Shown here: positions 1-11,900 of the stretch, in pieces
How positions within the stretch are numbered: the first letter of the stretch is position 1
Layout: each line of letters starts with the position of its first letter
IMG/VR virus record: IMGVR_UViG_3300045256_000753
Location: 37,638-101,637 of that record
Length of the DNA stretch: 64,000 bases
Strand: one strand, 5' to 3'
Source of the DNA: a virus
Notes under the pieces: generated by a model
What the model was told of the DNA's origin: nothing
Databases searched by the model: none
What the model saw: only the letters and a program-made list of their open reading frames with translations
Made by a program: the position numbers and the translations under genes

Positions 1-2
1 GC

Positions 3-1628
3 GCTCGTGTTCGTGACCGACACGCCCGAAACGCCAAGGATGTTCTTGATGCTTCCTGCGGGCAGATTTCCGGCGACGCCGACCTGCTGAGCAGTGATGT
101 CCGCCACGATCTCGTAGCGCTTCGTGTTGAAGTTGAAGAACGCTTGTGCGTTCGCGGCCGAAAGGACGAACGAACCGCCGATGACGAATCGAATGGCCGG
201 CGTGCCCGTCACCGGATCCGCGTCGGACGTGACGATGGTCCCGGCCGGGATGATGATGTCCTGCGTCGGTGCGGTCTCCGTGTAGATGACGACCTGGCCC
301 ACGGCGGGCCTGCCCGGCAAACGCGTCTTTTGGACGTTCGCGGAGAGCTTGTCGAATTGCTGGTCGATGAGCGATTGAACGGCGTCATCGCTCGTCAAAC
401 CGAGAGCTGCTTTGAGCGCCTGCTTGTACGCGCTGCCCGCAACGGAGTCGGACACACCGTTGCCACTCACGTTGTCGATCGGCAGGAGCGTCAAGAAGCT
501 CTGGCTTCGGTGAACGAAGTCGAGCAAGAACCAGATGCGCTCCGCCTCGCTGGAGAACGGGTCGATGTCCACGTCGCGCGAGATGGAGCCGGGAATGAGC
601 GAGATCTGGTTGTTGACTCGCTGCACGGCCTGCACGTAATCCGTGACGACCTGCGTCTGGTTGCGACCGGGGAGGTCCCGAATCGACGTGTCGATCGTGA
701 GAGGCGTCCCGAGGATCTCCTGCGAGTAGGGCGTTTCGATCTCCGTATTCGTGAGGGGGTCGAAGTAGATGCCCGTCACCACGAAGTACAGGGGATCGTT
801 CGCCTGGACGTTTGCGAAGAGATCCGTGTTGATGATGTTCGTCCCGCCCGCGCGGCTGAAATTGAACAGGACGAAGTTGTTGAGCTGGAAGTTCTCGACG
901 GTGCTCGTGAACCGGAAGCGGCCGGTGAGCGGCGAGATGTTGTGGATGGAGTCCAGTTTGACCGCAAGCTCGTTGCCGAACTCGTCGAGGTCCGTCACGC
1001 GGATACGAACATTCTTGTGGAACTGCTCGTCCCAAGTTACGGTGTCCGTGATCGTTCCGAGAACGTCTTCTTGAAATTGCGTCGCCGCCGAGACCGGGCT
1101 CTGGTTCACCTTGTGATAGCCGGTGACCGCTCCGCCAGGGTTCGCCGACGCGTAGTAATTGAATCCGATGAAGGTCGGCTGCGGGATCGGAATGCCCGAG
1201 GAGTTCGTGAGGGGGACGGGCTTGGCCGCGAGGATGTCGATCGAGTCGATGTGACGGACGACGCGGATACCAGTCGGAATCTGCGCGGTCGTCTCGCTGA
1301 TTGCGGCAACGCGCGTGACAGAAACCGTGGAGATGGGGCTCACGCCGCCAACGATGTCGATCGTTCGAATCTGGATCGTGTTGAGGCCCAGATTGAGCGG
1401 AAGTCCGCTCGGATAGTTCACCGGATTCGGAATGGTGAACGTCTGGAGGACGAAGCTGATGAGGGTCGGGTCCGTGACGAACGGGCTGCCGTTGATCGAC
1501 ACCTGGATGACCGAGGTGTTCACATCGACGGTGCCGGTGATGGTGATCGCATCCTCGTTCGTCGTGAAGACGAGGTTGGTCGTGAATCCACTACCGTCGC
1601 GAAGCGCGATTTGCGGTGCCGTTGCCAT
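3..1628 (-). CDS. Baseplate J/gp6-like wedge protein (partial, runs off left end)
   Basis: Not in the ORF track because there is no stop in the window. Manual translation from ATG at 1628 (MATAPQIALRDG...) stays open to the edge and includes RLPGRPAVGQVVIY...IIIPAGTIV...ITAQQVGVAGNLPAGSIKNI...VSVTN, typical of baseplate J. Follows the gp25-like gene. Confidence 0.8.
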   Translation of the reverse strand, partial: MATAPQIALRDGSGFTTNLVFTTNEDAITITGTVDVNTSVIQVSINGSPFVTDPTLISFVLQTFTIPNPVNYPSGLPLNLGLNTIQIRTIDIVGGVSPISTVSVTRVAAISETTAQIPTGIRVVRHIDSIDILAAKPVPLTNSSGIPIPQPTFIGFNYYASANPGGAVTGYHKVNQSPVSAATQFQEDVLGTITDTVTWDEQFHKNVRIRVTDLDEFGNELAVKLDSIHNISPLTGRFRFTSTVENFQLNNFVLFNFSRAGGTNIINTDLFANVQANDPLYFVVTGIYFDPLTNTEIETPYSQEILGTPLTIDTSIRDLPGRNQTQVVTDYVQAVQRVNNQISLIPGSISRDVDIDPFSSEAERIWFLLDFVHRSQSFLTLLPIDNVSGNGVSDSVAGSAYKQALKAALGLTSDDAVQSLIDQQFDKLSANVQKTRLPGRPAVGQVVIYTETAPTQDIIIPAGTIVTSDADPVTGTPAIRFVIGGSFVLSAANAQAFFNFNTKRYEIVADITAQQVGVAGNLPAGSIKNILGVSGVSVTNTS

Positions 1629-1631
1629 CAA

Positions 1632-2774
1632 TCACCCTGCAAGTACGAAGTTGGTGAGGGACTGCCGAATCAGACCCTGCTGTTGCGTGGAGCCGAGGAG
1701 GTCGAGCGGAAGCGGGATGCGCAGACCCCGCTCGATTTGGATCGGCTCGGTCGAACGGTTTTGAATCGCGACTTGCACGAAGATGACCGTGGGGTCTTGC
1801 GTGCTCTGTTGGAGGTTGACGGACAAGAGACGGAACGGGTACTCCTTGTCAGAGACGACCTGTCCGACCTTTTGCTCTTGCTGCTGTTTGATTTGCTGCC
1901 AGCGTGTGAACGCCTGGTAGATGTCCGACACGATCAGGTTCTGAATGAAGCCACCCGCCGTGAGCTTCTTTCCGATGGTGTCGAGGAGCTGCGTCCCGTA
2001 CCACGTGTGGAAAGGATTCGACCCCAACGTGGTGAAGAAGTCCTTCTGGACCTCCTGAATGAGCAGGGCTTCGTCCGAGACCGTGATCATCTGGCCGTTG
2101 CCTGCGTAGCGCCAATCGTGTTCGACGCCGACGCCACCGCATCGCCGGCACTCTTGGGCGACGGTCGCGTAGTCGATCTCCACGAAGTCAGTCGCGCTCT
2201 TGAGCGGCTCGTCGAAAATGATGTTGCGGCTCTGTCGTCCCGGCGTGATCGTCGTCGGGTCCACGACAATCGTCCAGCCAGGAACGAGTTGCTGTCCTCG
2301 GAACTCACGTGTCGTGAGAAAGCCGAGAGACGATGCCAACGTGCTCGCCGAGGTGAACTGCACCGTGGCGCCGCGACCGCTGCCGGTCGTTTGAAACATG
2401 ACGCGACGCCCTGCGGCCGAGAAGTAGATGCCTTGGAGCTGCTCGTTCAGGAGGAACGCGAGCTTGTCGGCCGGCATTTGCTTCGAGGCAGGAAGCGTGG
2501 CCGTTTGCGTCACCATCCCATTCAGCGTGACGACGAGCGTGTCATTGACGGCCGCCGTGATGTTGAACGGGCCATCCTTGCTGCCCACGGCTTGCGCGGG
2601 AATGGTGACGCCCACCGAGGGGACTTCGATCTCTCGATTGAGGCGCATCTTCACCGAGGCGATCGATGCAATTGGGCGAAGCGGACGAACCGTCTGCCGG
2701 TCGGTTGCGAGGAAGAGAGCTTCCTCCACAACCTCGTGCGGACAGATCTGATCGATCTGGCGGTCGTAGCTCAT
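1632..2774 (-). CDS. gp25-like baseplate wedge/sheath initiator with N-terminal extension and CxxC motif
   Basis: C-terminal LLIQEVQKDFFTTLGSNPFHTWYGTQL resembles gp25/GPW; ECRRCGG motif; lies just before baseplate J. Confidence 0.7.
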   Translation of the reverse strand: MSYDRQIDQICPHEVVEEALFLATDRQTVRPLRPIASIASVKMRLNREIEVPSVGVTIPAQAVGSKDGPFNITAAVNDTLVVTLNGMVTQTATLPASKQMPADKLAFLLNEQLQGIYFSAAGRRVMFQTTGSGRGATVQFTSASTLASSLGFLTTREFRGQQLVPGWTIVVDPTTITPGRQSRNIIFDEPLKSATDFVEIDYATVAQECRRCGGVGVEHDWRYAGNGQMITVSDEALLIQEVQKDFFTTLGSNPFHTWYGTQLLDTIGKKLTAGGFIQNLIVSDIYQAFTRWQQIKQQQEQKVGQVVSDKEYPFRLLSVNLQQSTQDPTVIFVQVAIQNRSTEPIQIERGLRIPLPLDLLGSTQQQGLIRQSLTNFVLAG

Positions 2775-3514
2775 TGACCGTCTCCCGTGGGCACGACCGG
2801 ACCATCGTAGGTGCGCTCGAAGTCGGTGACGTTGGCGCGCTTCGGTCCCGGCATGTAAGAGGCGAACGGCGCGTACGCCATCTTGCCGTGCGGATCCGGT
2901 TTGCCGGAATCGTTCTGCGCGGCGAGGTACGTGCGATCCGAGATGAGCTGCTGGACGCCGTTGAGGATGAAACCGAGCGCACCCTGCACGGAGGCTTGCG
3001 CCTTGATTTGGTTGAGCGTGTCGATCTCTGCCTGCAATTGATCGGCGTAGTCGATCATGCGACGGATTTTCCGTTCGAGGTACTCTCGGCGGTAGAAGAG
3101 CGCGTCGTAGGTCCAGTCGCGTGCCGATCGAACAAGCTCCGCCGACTCCTGGTCCGAGAGACCCGGGGTCCCCAATATTTCCCCGTTCGACATTTGCTGC
3201 GGCATTCCGTTCTCGGAACCTTCAAGCCGGAAGACCGCTTGGTTCATCGAACGGATCTGGAGGTCGTAGAAGGCGTCACCCCCAAGAGCCTCGTAGGCCA
3301 GGAAGAGCTTGCCGGCGTAGGTCTCGCTGTCCCCAGAGGACAGGTTGGTCGGGACACCCCCAGAATCGAAGGCGAAGGCAATCGCCCCGATGCGGTCCAG
3401 CTCGGCCTGGAGGTGGAGAACCCGGTCGTCAATTTGGGCAGTCTGCGCCCGCACCCAATCGGAAAACCGAGTGAATTGCGACGCTGTGAAGGTGCCCAGG
3501 AAGTCGAACGACAA
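2771..3514 (-). CDS. Hypothetical helical baseplate-region protein (247 aa)
   Basis: Stop overlaps the next start (ATGA); TTG start; coiled-coil-like segments. Confidence 0.65.
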   Translation of the reverse strand: MSFDFLGTFTASQFTRFSDWVRAQTAQIDDRVLHLQAELDRIGAIAFAFDSGGVPTNLSSGDSETYAGKLFLAYEALGGDAFYDLQIRSMNQAVFRLEGSENGMPQQMSNGEILGTPGLSDQESAELVRSARDWTYDALFYRREYLERKIRRMIDYADQLQAEIDTLNQIKAQASVQGALGFILNGVQQLISDRTYLAAQNDSGKPDPHGKMAYAPFASYMPGPKRANVTDFERTYDGPVVPTGDGQ

Positions 3515-3565
3515 ACTTCTGCCTCTACCCCTGCGGGCCTTACAAGAAGCAAAACGCAGCCTTTC

Positions 3566-5740
3566 TCAGAAGATGAGCTGTAGGGCGCTGGCGAACGAAG
3601 AAACGTCGGGCGCGATGTAGGCGAAGGCCACCCCGGCCGTGTACCCGCCCGGGCCGCTCGGCGGCTTGGTCCCCCCGGCGCTGTCCACTGCCTGCATCCA
3701 CTCGCCCACATCCCCCGTGCTCGACGGGACGAAAAGGACGAAGAACCCGACCTGGAGACCGATGATGAAATCCAGTAGTTCGATGAGGTACTTGAGGAAC
3801 TTTTCGAGGGTGTTGATCTTGCGCTCGATGAGGTCGATGTAGGCCTTGATCTCGTCGAAGACCCCCTGGAAGCCGTTGAGGAGGGCCTGAATCTTGGCGA
3901 GAAGCTCGTAGAGGAGCTGGCCCGCCCACGGCACGATGTCGCGAAGAACGCTGACCTGAATCCAGTCCGGGGGCGCTCCGCCCAACGTGAACGACTTGCA
4001 GAAGTTGACCGCGTTGAGGACGTTCAGGCGAAGGTTCGCATCGTTGGCGAACGCGTCCCCGTAAACCGTCATGACATCGCGCATCACGTTGGGATCCGTG
4101 CTGTCGGTCGTCAGATGGAAGCACACCGCCGAGAGACTCGTGTCTCCCGCCAAACCGCTCGTCGTCGGATTGCCCTTGACGAAGGGGCCGATCATGAGCT
4201 GCCGGAAGGCATCCGCGTTGTTTGCGCTCAAGATGGCGCCGGCCACAATCGTCGCAAGACGGGTAGCACTCCGTTTTACGCGAGAGGTCTGCCACGGCGC
4301 TTGCGGGAACTTCCCGGTCGCCGGATCCGCAACGAAGCCGCTCACGTTTCCGAGGCCAGCGGCAGCGCCAAGGATCGGGACCGACGTGAACGCCACTAGC
4401 GCGCCCGCCTGTTGCGTGAGCGAACCCTCGCCGATGTTCGAGATATGCGTGTCCGCGTTGCCGGGCAACCCTTGCGCATTGAACTGGGCGCCGGCCGGAA
4501 GCGGGAGATGGAAGTTCAACGAGAACGCAAGCTCGAAGAGCCGCTTGAGGTTTTCCACGACGTCGAAGAACGGGCCTGTCGGATAGACCGGGATGCGCTG
4601 CGAAGCGATTGGGCTCGCCCGACCCATGACGGGGTTGTCGCCGGGCCACTTCACGAGCCATTGCTGCGTAACCGGATCTTGTTCCGGCTGATCGAAGCTA
4701 ATCGTCCCATCCGAGTTGACCGTGAGATCGCCGCTGTACGCTCGAACGCGGTAGAAGTAGACCTTGCCCTGTTCGACGTCACTATCGATGTAGCGGAACT
4801 TCCCGAGTTGCCCGAGGAAGAACGTCCCAGAGTTGTGTGACGGATCGACGACGATGTACTTCTGGAATTTGATGAACGGGTCGTTGTAGATGTCCTTGAT
4901 CGCGAGTTTGCGGGAGATGGTCTTCCCGGGCTCGCCACGGACCTCGAAGTTCGTGGGCACGGTTGCCGTGACCTGACCCACTGCGCTTGCGTCGCCGATC
5001 TTCGTCGCGTCGAGTTCGACGTTCGGATTGGCGGCGCTCTTTTCGATGAGGAAGCGCGGCGGCACGAACTCGGTCGCAAACGAGGAGAACACGTCCGAGA
5101 AACCCGGGTCGCCAACATTCTGCGTCGTGGGCAGGGCCCATTCGACGACGAGCGACTTCGGTTGCGACTGGAAGATCTTGACGACCGAAAGAACCGGGTC
5201 GCCTTGATCGCCGACCGGCAGAACCTTCACGTTTGCTGGCGCAGCATAGTGCGGAGCGAGGAAGTCCTTGCCGAAGAAGCGGAGCAAAAGGGTAAGGCGC
5301 CGGAGCAGAACTTGAACGTTCTCTGCATCGACGACAAGGAGGATGAATCCGCTCTGCGTTGCTCCGGCGATCGGCTGCGGTCTGTTCGGGTCTCTCGAAT
5401 CGACGAGGGACCCTTTGAATCTTGTGACGAATCCTTGGTAGCCGCCCGCCACTCGGTTGAAGTTCGGATCACCGAGCGTGTCCGGGACGTCGTAAAGGGC
5501 GTAGAGACCCGTCTTCTTGAGGGTCTCGAACAACGTGTTGATGAGACTGATCAACGCTTGGACGAGCGCGATGATCGGGTTCGGGAACGAGATGAGAAGC
5601 GCCTTGACGATATCGAGGAGCGTCTTGAGGATTTCCAGAAACGTGACGAGCGTTTCGAGGATGTTCCTCGCCCCTTCGAGCAGATCCTTCCCCGGGAGCT
5701 GGAGAGAGAACGAGTTCCAGGTGGGGGTCGGCGTCGCCAT
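3566..5740 (-). CDS. Putative virion protein: amphipathic helical termini around an FN3-like core (724 aa)
   Basis: LVVEW...YFYRVRAY FN3-like signature; long amphipathic helices at both ends. Confidence 0.65.
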   Translation of the reverse strand: MATPTPTWNSFSLQLPGKDLLEGARNILETLVTFLEILKTLLDIVKALLISFPNPIIALVQALISLINTLFETLKKTGLYALYDVPDTLGDPNFNRVAGGYQGFVTRFKGSLVDSRDPNRPQPIAGATQSGFILLVVDAENVQVLLRRLTLLLRFFGKDFLAPHYAAPANVKVLPVGDQGDPVLSVVKIFQSQPKSLVVEWALPTTQNVGDPGFSDVFSSFATEFVPPRFLIEKSAANPNVELDATKIGDASAVGQVTATVPTNFEVRGEPGKTISRKLAIKDIYNDPFIKFQKYIVVDPSHNSGTFFLGQLGKFRYIDSDVEQGKVYFYRVRAYSGDLTVNSDGTISFDQPEQDPVTQQWLVKWPGDNPVMGRASPIASQRIPVYPTGPFFDVVENLKRLFELAFSLNFHLPLPAGAQFNAQGLPGNADTHISNIGEGSLTQQAGALVAFTSVPILGAAAGLGNVSGFVADPATGKFPQAPWQTSRVKRSATRLATIVAGAILSANNADAFRQLMIGPFVKGNPTTSGLAGDTSLSAVCFHLTTDSTDPNVMRDVMTVYGDAFANDANLRLNVLNAVNFCKSFTLGGAPPDWIQVSVLRDIVPWAGQLLYELLAKIQALLNGFQGVFDEIKAYIDLIERKINTLEKFLKYLIELLDFIIGLQVGFFVLFVPSSTGDVGEWMQAVDSAGGTKPPSGPGGYTAGVAFAYIAPDVSSFASALQLIF

Positions 5741-5745
5741 TCAGT

Positions 5746-5943
5746 TCAGGCTCCGTATTGGAGCTTCTCCAGCTTCTTCCGGAGGTGCGAGAGTTCGGCT
5801 TCGGTCGCTTCCACCGTCTTCTCGATGACCTCTTTCATCTTGTTGTTGATCCCGAAATTCTGTCGGTACTCCCACTTCGGGGGCTCCGGCTTCTTCTCTT
5901 CAGACTGGGCTTCGGGAGCCTTGTTCTCTTCGGTTTCCATCAC
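5746..5943 (-). CDS. Small coiled-coil hypothetical protein (65 aa)
   Basis: Fills the gap between two genes and overlaps the upstream stop. Confidence 0.6.
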   Translation of the reverse strand: MMETEENKAPEAQSEEKKPEPPKWEYRQNFGINNKMKEVIEKTVEATEAELSHLRKKLEKLQYGA

Positions 5944-8900
5944 GAGCCTTCCACTGTGAGAAGTTTGATGAGTTGATTGAACACGTCCTGCTGTTGCTTG
6001 ACGCGATTTGCGGCTGCCGTCTGTTGCAAGACGAGGTACCCCGACTGCAAGTTAATGCGCGCATCGATCCACGTGAATCGCTTGTCGTACAGACGTTCGG
6101 ATGAGGCGAGAGCGCTCTGGAGGATGGCCCTCGGACCAACGCCCGGATCGGCGAGGTAGGTCAGCCGTGCCTGCACTTGCGCACTTCGCGTATCCAAATC
6201 GGCCGTCTGCAACCCGATGGCGAATTCGGCCGGATCCGGCACGCCGCTGAGGAGCACCGGCACTTGGGTGTTGAGCACCGGTTGGAATGCTTGCGTTTGG
6301 GTGAGGAAGGTCGCGTTCTGTCCGAGGATTCCGAAGATCGCTTGCAGCGTGGCGAGCGACACTCCGAACGCCTTGACGATCTGGTACGTCACTGCGCCCG
6401 CCAACGGGAAAGTCGTCGCGATGGTGATTTGGTGCGCGGTGACGTTGCCGATTCCGTAGATGCCCGCGTTCGTACCCGTTGGGATGTAGACGAAGTGTGA
6501 CGTGGTGACGCCCGACGTGAGGAAATTCACCGTACCATCGTTGAGGAGAGAAGAGCCGGGGCTGGGAACAGAGCCCGCTGCACTCGAAAGCACCGTCGTG
6601 AAGACCGTCGTGAAGAAGTTGAAGATCGACGTTTGTTCCGACTTGGGGTTGGTCGAGATGGTCGCGATCTCGGTCGCCACTGCCGTTTGCACGCCCGTGT
6701 AGATCGGGCCCGAGTACGTATCGAGCGGGTTGTCGATGCGGTACGTTCCGCCAGCGGGGTTCGGGAAGGCGCTGTCCAGAGTCAGAGTCGTCGCCGACGT
6801 GATGGCCACGATCTGCCGTCGCAATCCAATGTTCGGACCGCCCGTCATCACCACCGTGTAGCCAACCTCCGTGCCGTTCCCGAGGAAGTTGGCGAGGAGA
6901 TCCGTCAGCGTGGTGCCGGCTAGAGTGGCTGTTCCCGTGATGGCCGTCCCACTGACTGCCACCGTGAATTGGAAATTGGTGTCCACCGAGGCGAAGGCGT
7001 CGGCGAGACCCACGGTGACGGAGTTCGGGGTGACAGCCGTGATGCGTCGCCAGCTCGTTGCGCCGTTCGTTCCAGAAAGGATGCGAACGAGATCGTGGAC
7101 TTTCGGGACGGGCGAAGGAAAGTTGCCGGCCGTGAGCGTGATGATCGTCTTGGTTACATCGAGGTTGCCCGTTCCCAAGAATGGGGCTGTCGTGTTCGTG
7201 CGCAGCGTGCCCGTGATGGGGGTCTCCGCCTGGGCCTCGACGTTGAGCGGGCCGCCGCCAGAGGGGGTCAGCTCTCCGTCGAAGGTCGGGCCCACGATCG
7301 GAACCGACTGGTCGCCATCGTCGTTCAACGTGCCACCAAAGAGGGCCGAGAACTTGAACGGAGCCGTGTAGTTGACGTTCACCCCGGCGCCGTTGGCTTG
7401 GAGAACGTCCCCGTTCTGGATGGGATAGATGTCTGCCGACTTCGGGATGATGTTCGCGGGCGGGGGCAGAGAGCTAATGATGCCGTCGAAGGGAAACTTT
7501 CTTGTGATGTAGAGAAGCTCGCCCGTGCTCAGGTTCGCATCCACGTCTTTCCCGATGGGGTAGATCATCATGTACGCGCCGTTCGAGCTTGGAGTGGGCG
7601 GCGGGGCGTTACCGTCCTTGAGCATCGAGTTCGCGTCGCTTGGCGAGACGTAGATGGTCGAACCGGCCGGAACGAAACCCGGATCGGGACCCGGCGTGGG
7701 CGAATGTGCCCCAAGGCTGATCGTGATCGTCGTAGGAGTGACGCCGAGCACCGTCGCGGTGTCGGCATCGGTGATGTAGAAGCGGCCTTGTGGATCCTCG
7801 ATGACCACGCGCATCTGCGTGATGAAGGCTGGCCGCTGAAGGGCGTCGCTCGTGCCGTTCGCATTGTCCACGGTAAAGACCGTGGTTCCGTACGGGTAGT
7901 CGAATTGAATTTGTGCGCGCGGCCACCGCTTGAAGATCGAGGGAGGCAGAGAGAAAAGGCTCGTGTAGTTGAACTTCGCGATGATGTCGCCGTCGTGAGG
8001 GCTTCCTCCGACTTGGGCCGGCGACGGCGTGAAAATGTTCCGCCTGTTCTTGAAGAAGCGGCTGTGGGGCCCGGGGAGATAAATCTGTTGGACGAATCCG
8101 CCCGGAATAGGGAACGGAGAAGCGACGAGGAGATCGTCGATTTGGTTCGTCACCTGAGAGACGCTCGTACGGACCGGGTTGTTGATGTTTCCGTCGAAGA
8201 GGAATCGGCCGTCCGAGTCGCCAACAACGCGGCCATCGATCGCGTGAAGGACGTCTTCCAAATCGTTGACCGCATCGTTGAAGAACTTGAGGCAAGTCCT
8301 GGCGATGATGTCCACGTTCGCCAGGTGCCCTTCCTGGAAGTAGACGGAATCACGGCCCTGGTTGAAGAGTTGGGGCGACGACGAGTTCGAGGTCATCGGC
8401 CCGCTTGAGGGTGACCCGGCTTGGGCAGCGGCCTGAATCGTTTGCTGCACCTCGCCCTTGAAATTCGTCATCGTCTCGACGCGGTAGTAGAAGTTGTCCG
8501 GCGAGAAGACTGTGTAGTCCGCGTTGAGGACCTGGCCGAGAAGGCCATTCAATTGGTTCGGCGCGATCGTGCACGTGTAGGACGCTTTCAGATTCAGGCC
8601 AGCCGAGACCGTTCGGTGCTCGGTATCGAAGATCGAAAACTCCTCGTTCGGCAAGAGGGGCGACGCGTACACGATGGTTCCAGAGTCGTCGATTGTGTAA
8701 TCCGTGGGGGACGTGAGCAGCTTCCCGACCTGGCCGGCGATGCGCCGGAAGACCGTGATCGGTTGAGTGGTCACCGGAACCCCACGTGTGTGGACAACCG
8801 TGGGCGCCTTTTCGAAGATCGGTCGGATCGAATACGAAAGGAACTGCTGGCCAAAGACGTACTGCCGGATGGCGTTCGACGCCAAGGTGAGCGTCGTCTG

Positions 8901-11900
8901 GTTGACCGTCTCGTCGAACGTCGCTGCCGTGACGATGTAAAAGTCACGGAAGGACACGAGGCCATCGGTAAATTCGACGATCGTGTTCGTCGAATACGCG
9001 GACGTGCGGTCCCCTTGAAGGACGATCGCGTTCATGCCCCGCGCGACCGAACCGAACGCTTGAAGCTCTTGCACGAAGTAGGCAGGAGCGCTCGTGGGGG
9101 TCGGGCCAGAGACGATGTAGAGATTCGGGTTGATGTAGTCGTTTTGGAATGTCTGCGTACCGGACAGCGTGACCGTCGTCTGGTTCGCACCGGAGTCGTA
9201 GCTCGACGAGCCGATCTGGTAGACCTCAACCTGCTCGATACGGAGCAAGAAGTTCGGTTGGAAGATCGAAGTCTGGTCCCCGGAGATGATGACCGAATTC
9301 TGTCCTTGGGTGATGGCGACCTGAGCCGTCAGCATCGGCGGGTTGAGGACCGTGATCGACTTCTCGCCGCCATTCGCCTCGTAGACGAAGTAGTCGATGA
9401 GGACGCGTTCGGTCGGAGCGACAACTGCTCCGTGCGGAAGGGCATCCGTGAGCTGATTGTCCGGAAGGAACGTGATCGTCGATGCAGCCGTGTTGACAAC
9501 GACTTGCGAGCTATCTTGCGGACGGCCGCCTCGGTAAACCTTCGGCGCCGGGTTGCTTGCCACCGTCTTCCCAGTGGGGTTGAAGGTGAGAACGCTCGTC
9601 GGCGACGGGTGGGGCTGCGTCAGTTCCTTGCGAACGAGGAAGGTTCCGGGCTCTCCGACGATCGGCGGCGCCGGGGGTGTCGGTGGCGACGTGATGGGCG
9701 GTGCCTCGACATACGTGAGAAGGATCTCCTCGTTGGCCAACATGCGCTGCGCGAACGTGATGAACCCCAGCGCCGGCTGGACCTGGTAATCCGTCCCCAG
9801 CGTCAGCTTTCGCACCCAGTAGAAGATGCGCGGCGGAGCAAGGTCGCCCGAGTTGAAGTTGAGGTTGCCCGTTGCCTGGCTGACTTCGACGTGGCCCGCA
9901 GGGAGGATCGACGGATTGGTGAATCCCGTGTCCGTCGAAACGGTCGTGACGACAGAAGAAAACGTCGCCCCGCTACCATTTCCGAATCGGATTCGCGACA
10001 CGCCAATGGCGCTCTTCGGAATGTGCAAGCGCCGGTACACACGGTACGTGCTGGACGACAGAGTGACGAAGGGTTGACCGGAGTCCACCGTCAGAGCGTG
10101 CTGGGCCACGCTGGTCACCGAGCGACTGCTACCGGAGTCCGGTCCGGATGTGATCCGAATGGTGTCCCCGATCTGCACGCCCGATACAATGAAGTCCGTT
10201 GCCCCATCGCTGAGGGTGACGAAATCCGGGTAGGTTGCGGTGCCAGAGGAGACGATAGAAGTCTCGTTCTGCCCGGTGCCGAGAGCGACGATTCGTTCGA
10301 CCGACGTGTTCGGATCGATGAGCTGGACCTTTTGGAAGAACCGGTCGGCGAGGATCTCTTTCCCGCTCAAGATCTCGTACGAGAGAGGCCCGGAGCCAGC
10401 GGGGGGCGGAACGTCAGTGTCAACGCTGGTCGCGGCGACCGACGTAATCGTGTAGACGCCCTTTGCATATCCGGCGAGCCCGACCAAGTAGTCCCCAGCG
10501 ACAACGCCGTCAGAGATGAAGTTCGCGCCCGTGTCCGTGAAAGTCGTTCCGCTGAATGCGCCGGTCGATCCGACAGCACGGTTGACGCCCGATGTCGTCG
10601 TGAAAAGGACGATGCCGGCAGTGGGATCGAAGAGGCAATCGGTGCCGATCGTGAGGGGCGAGTAGATCCCAGTGCCCGGCGACGTTTCGAGCGAGAGCTG
10701 TACGTTACCCGCGAGTACGAGTGGATCCGAGAGCTGCGCGGCGCCGGCCGGCTTCTGGAGCGGGATGAGGATGTTGTTCTTGCGCTGCGCGAACTGGAAC
10801 GTCCCCGAATCGAAGTCGATCGTGTAGCCGAGACCGGCCGGTGGGCTCGTGAGGTCCAAACGCGGAAGCGTGCCAGTGAAGGTTCCCTGCCCTTGGTTGA
10901 CCGTAACGATGAGGGTGTTGTCGTCCACTGGAACGGACGGCAAGAAGACTTGAGGCGAGCCAATGATCGGGTTGGCCCAAACGGCATCCGTCACCGTGTA
11001 GAGCGCCGTGACGTCTTTCACACCCGCCGTCTGCGCATCGAGGTTCACCGGGGATCGGAAGAAGCGCATTGAGATGCCGTTCTCGATGGCGAGATCGCCG
11101 AAGATGACTTGAACTTGCGCGGCGCCGAAACGCGCCTTGTCCGCAAGCGAGAACTGCACTCCTCCCGTTCCAGGATTCACCTGCACGGTGCCCGCTTGCC
11201 CGATAGGATCGAAGCTCGACGTGTAGACGAACTGGGGGAACTGGTAGTACGGGTTGGCATTCGGCAAAGCGAAAATGAGGTCTCCGCCAGCAGGAGGAAC
11301 GCTGCCGATCACACCCGGTGCCGTGATGGTGTTGAGCGCCTGCCTTGGAAGGAGGAGATCACGAGCAAGGAGCGTCCCGTCGAAGTAGACACCAAGTCCA
11401 GGGTTGGCGATGATATCGGCGTTGCTGAAATTCAGCTTGCCAGTCGTGCGCGCCCACTGGACGGTGCCGGCCGGAGGGCTGCCAAAGCTACCCTCGTTCG
11501 GAACCTCGACGGTGAGAAGCCACCTGTGAGATCCGATCCGGATGAGCGGGTACTGGGTTGTCGCCGGGAGCGGGTTGAGCAGGATCGTCTGGTCGCCGAT
11601 CGTTCCGATGCGGCCCGTCGATTTGCTGAACGGGAAATATTGCTGCTGTTGCCAGCGAACCGTTTGACCGTTGTAGGTCGTGAGGTCGGCCGGGTTCCAA
11701 TTGAGGTGGCCGGTCGAGAGCGAAAGCTCCGTCGTGCCGGCCGGAGGACTGCCGAAGTCTCCGTCCGTGAGGACAAGAGCAACCGTCTGCGTCGTGCCGC
11801 TGCCCACGCTTCCGATCGACAGACGGTAGGGTGCGGTTGCGAGAAGCTGGAGGGGCGGTGTGACGGTGAGGCGCTGTGAGTTCGAGTTCGGGCCTAGGGT

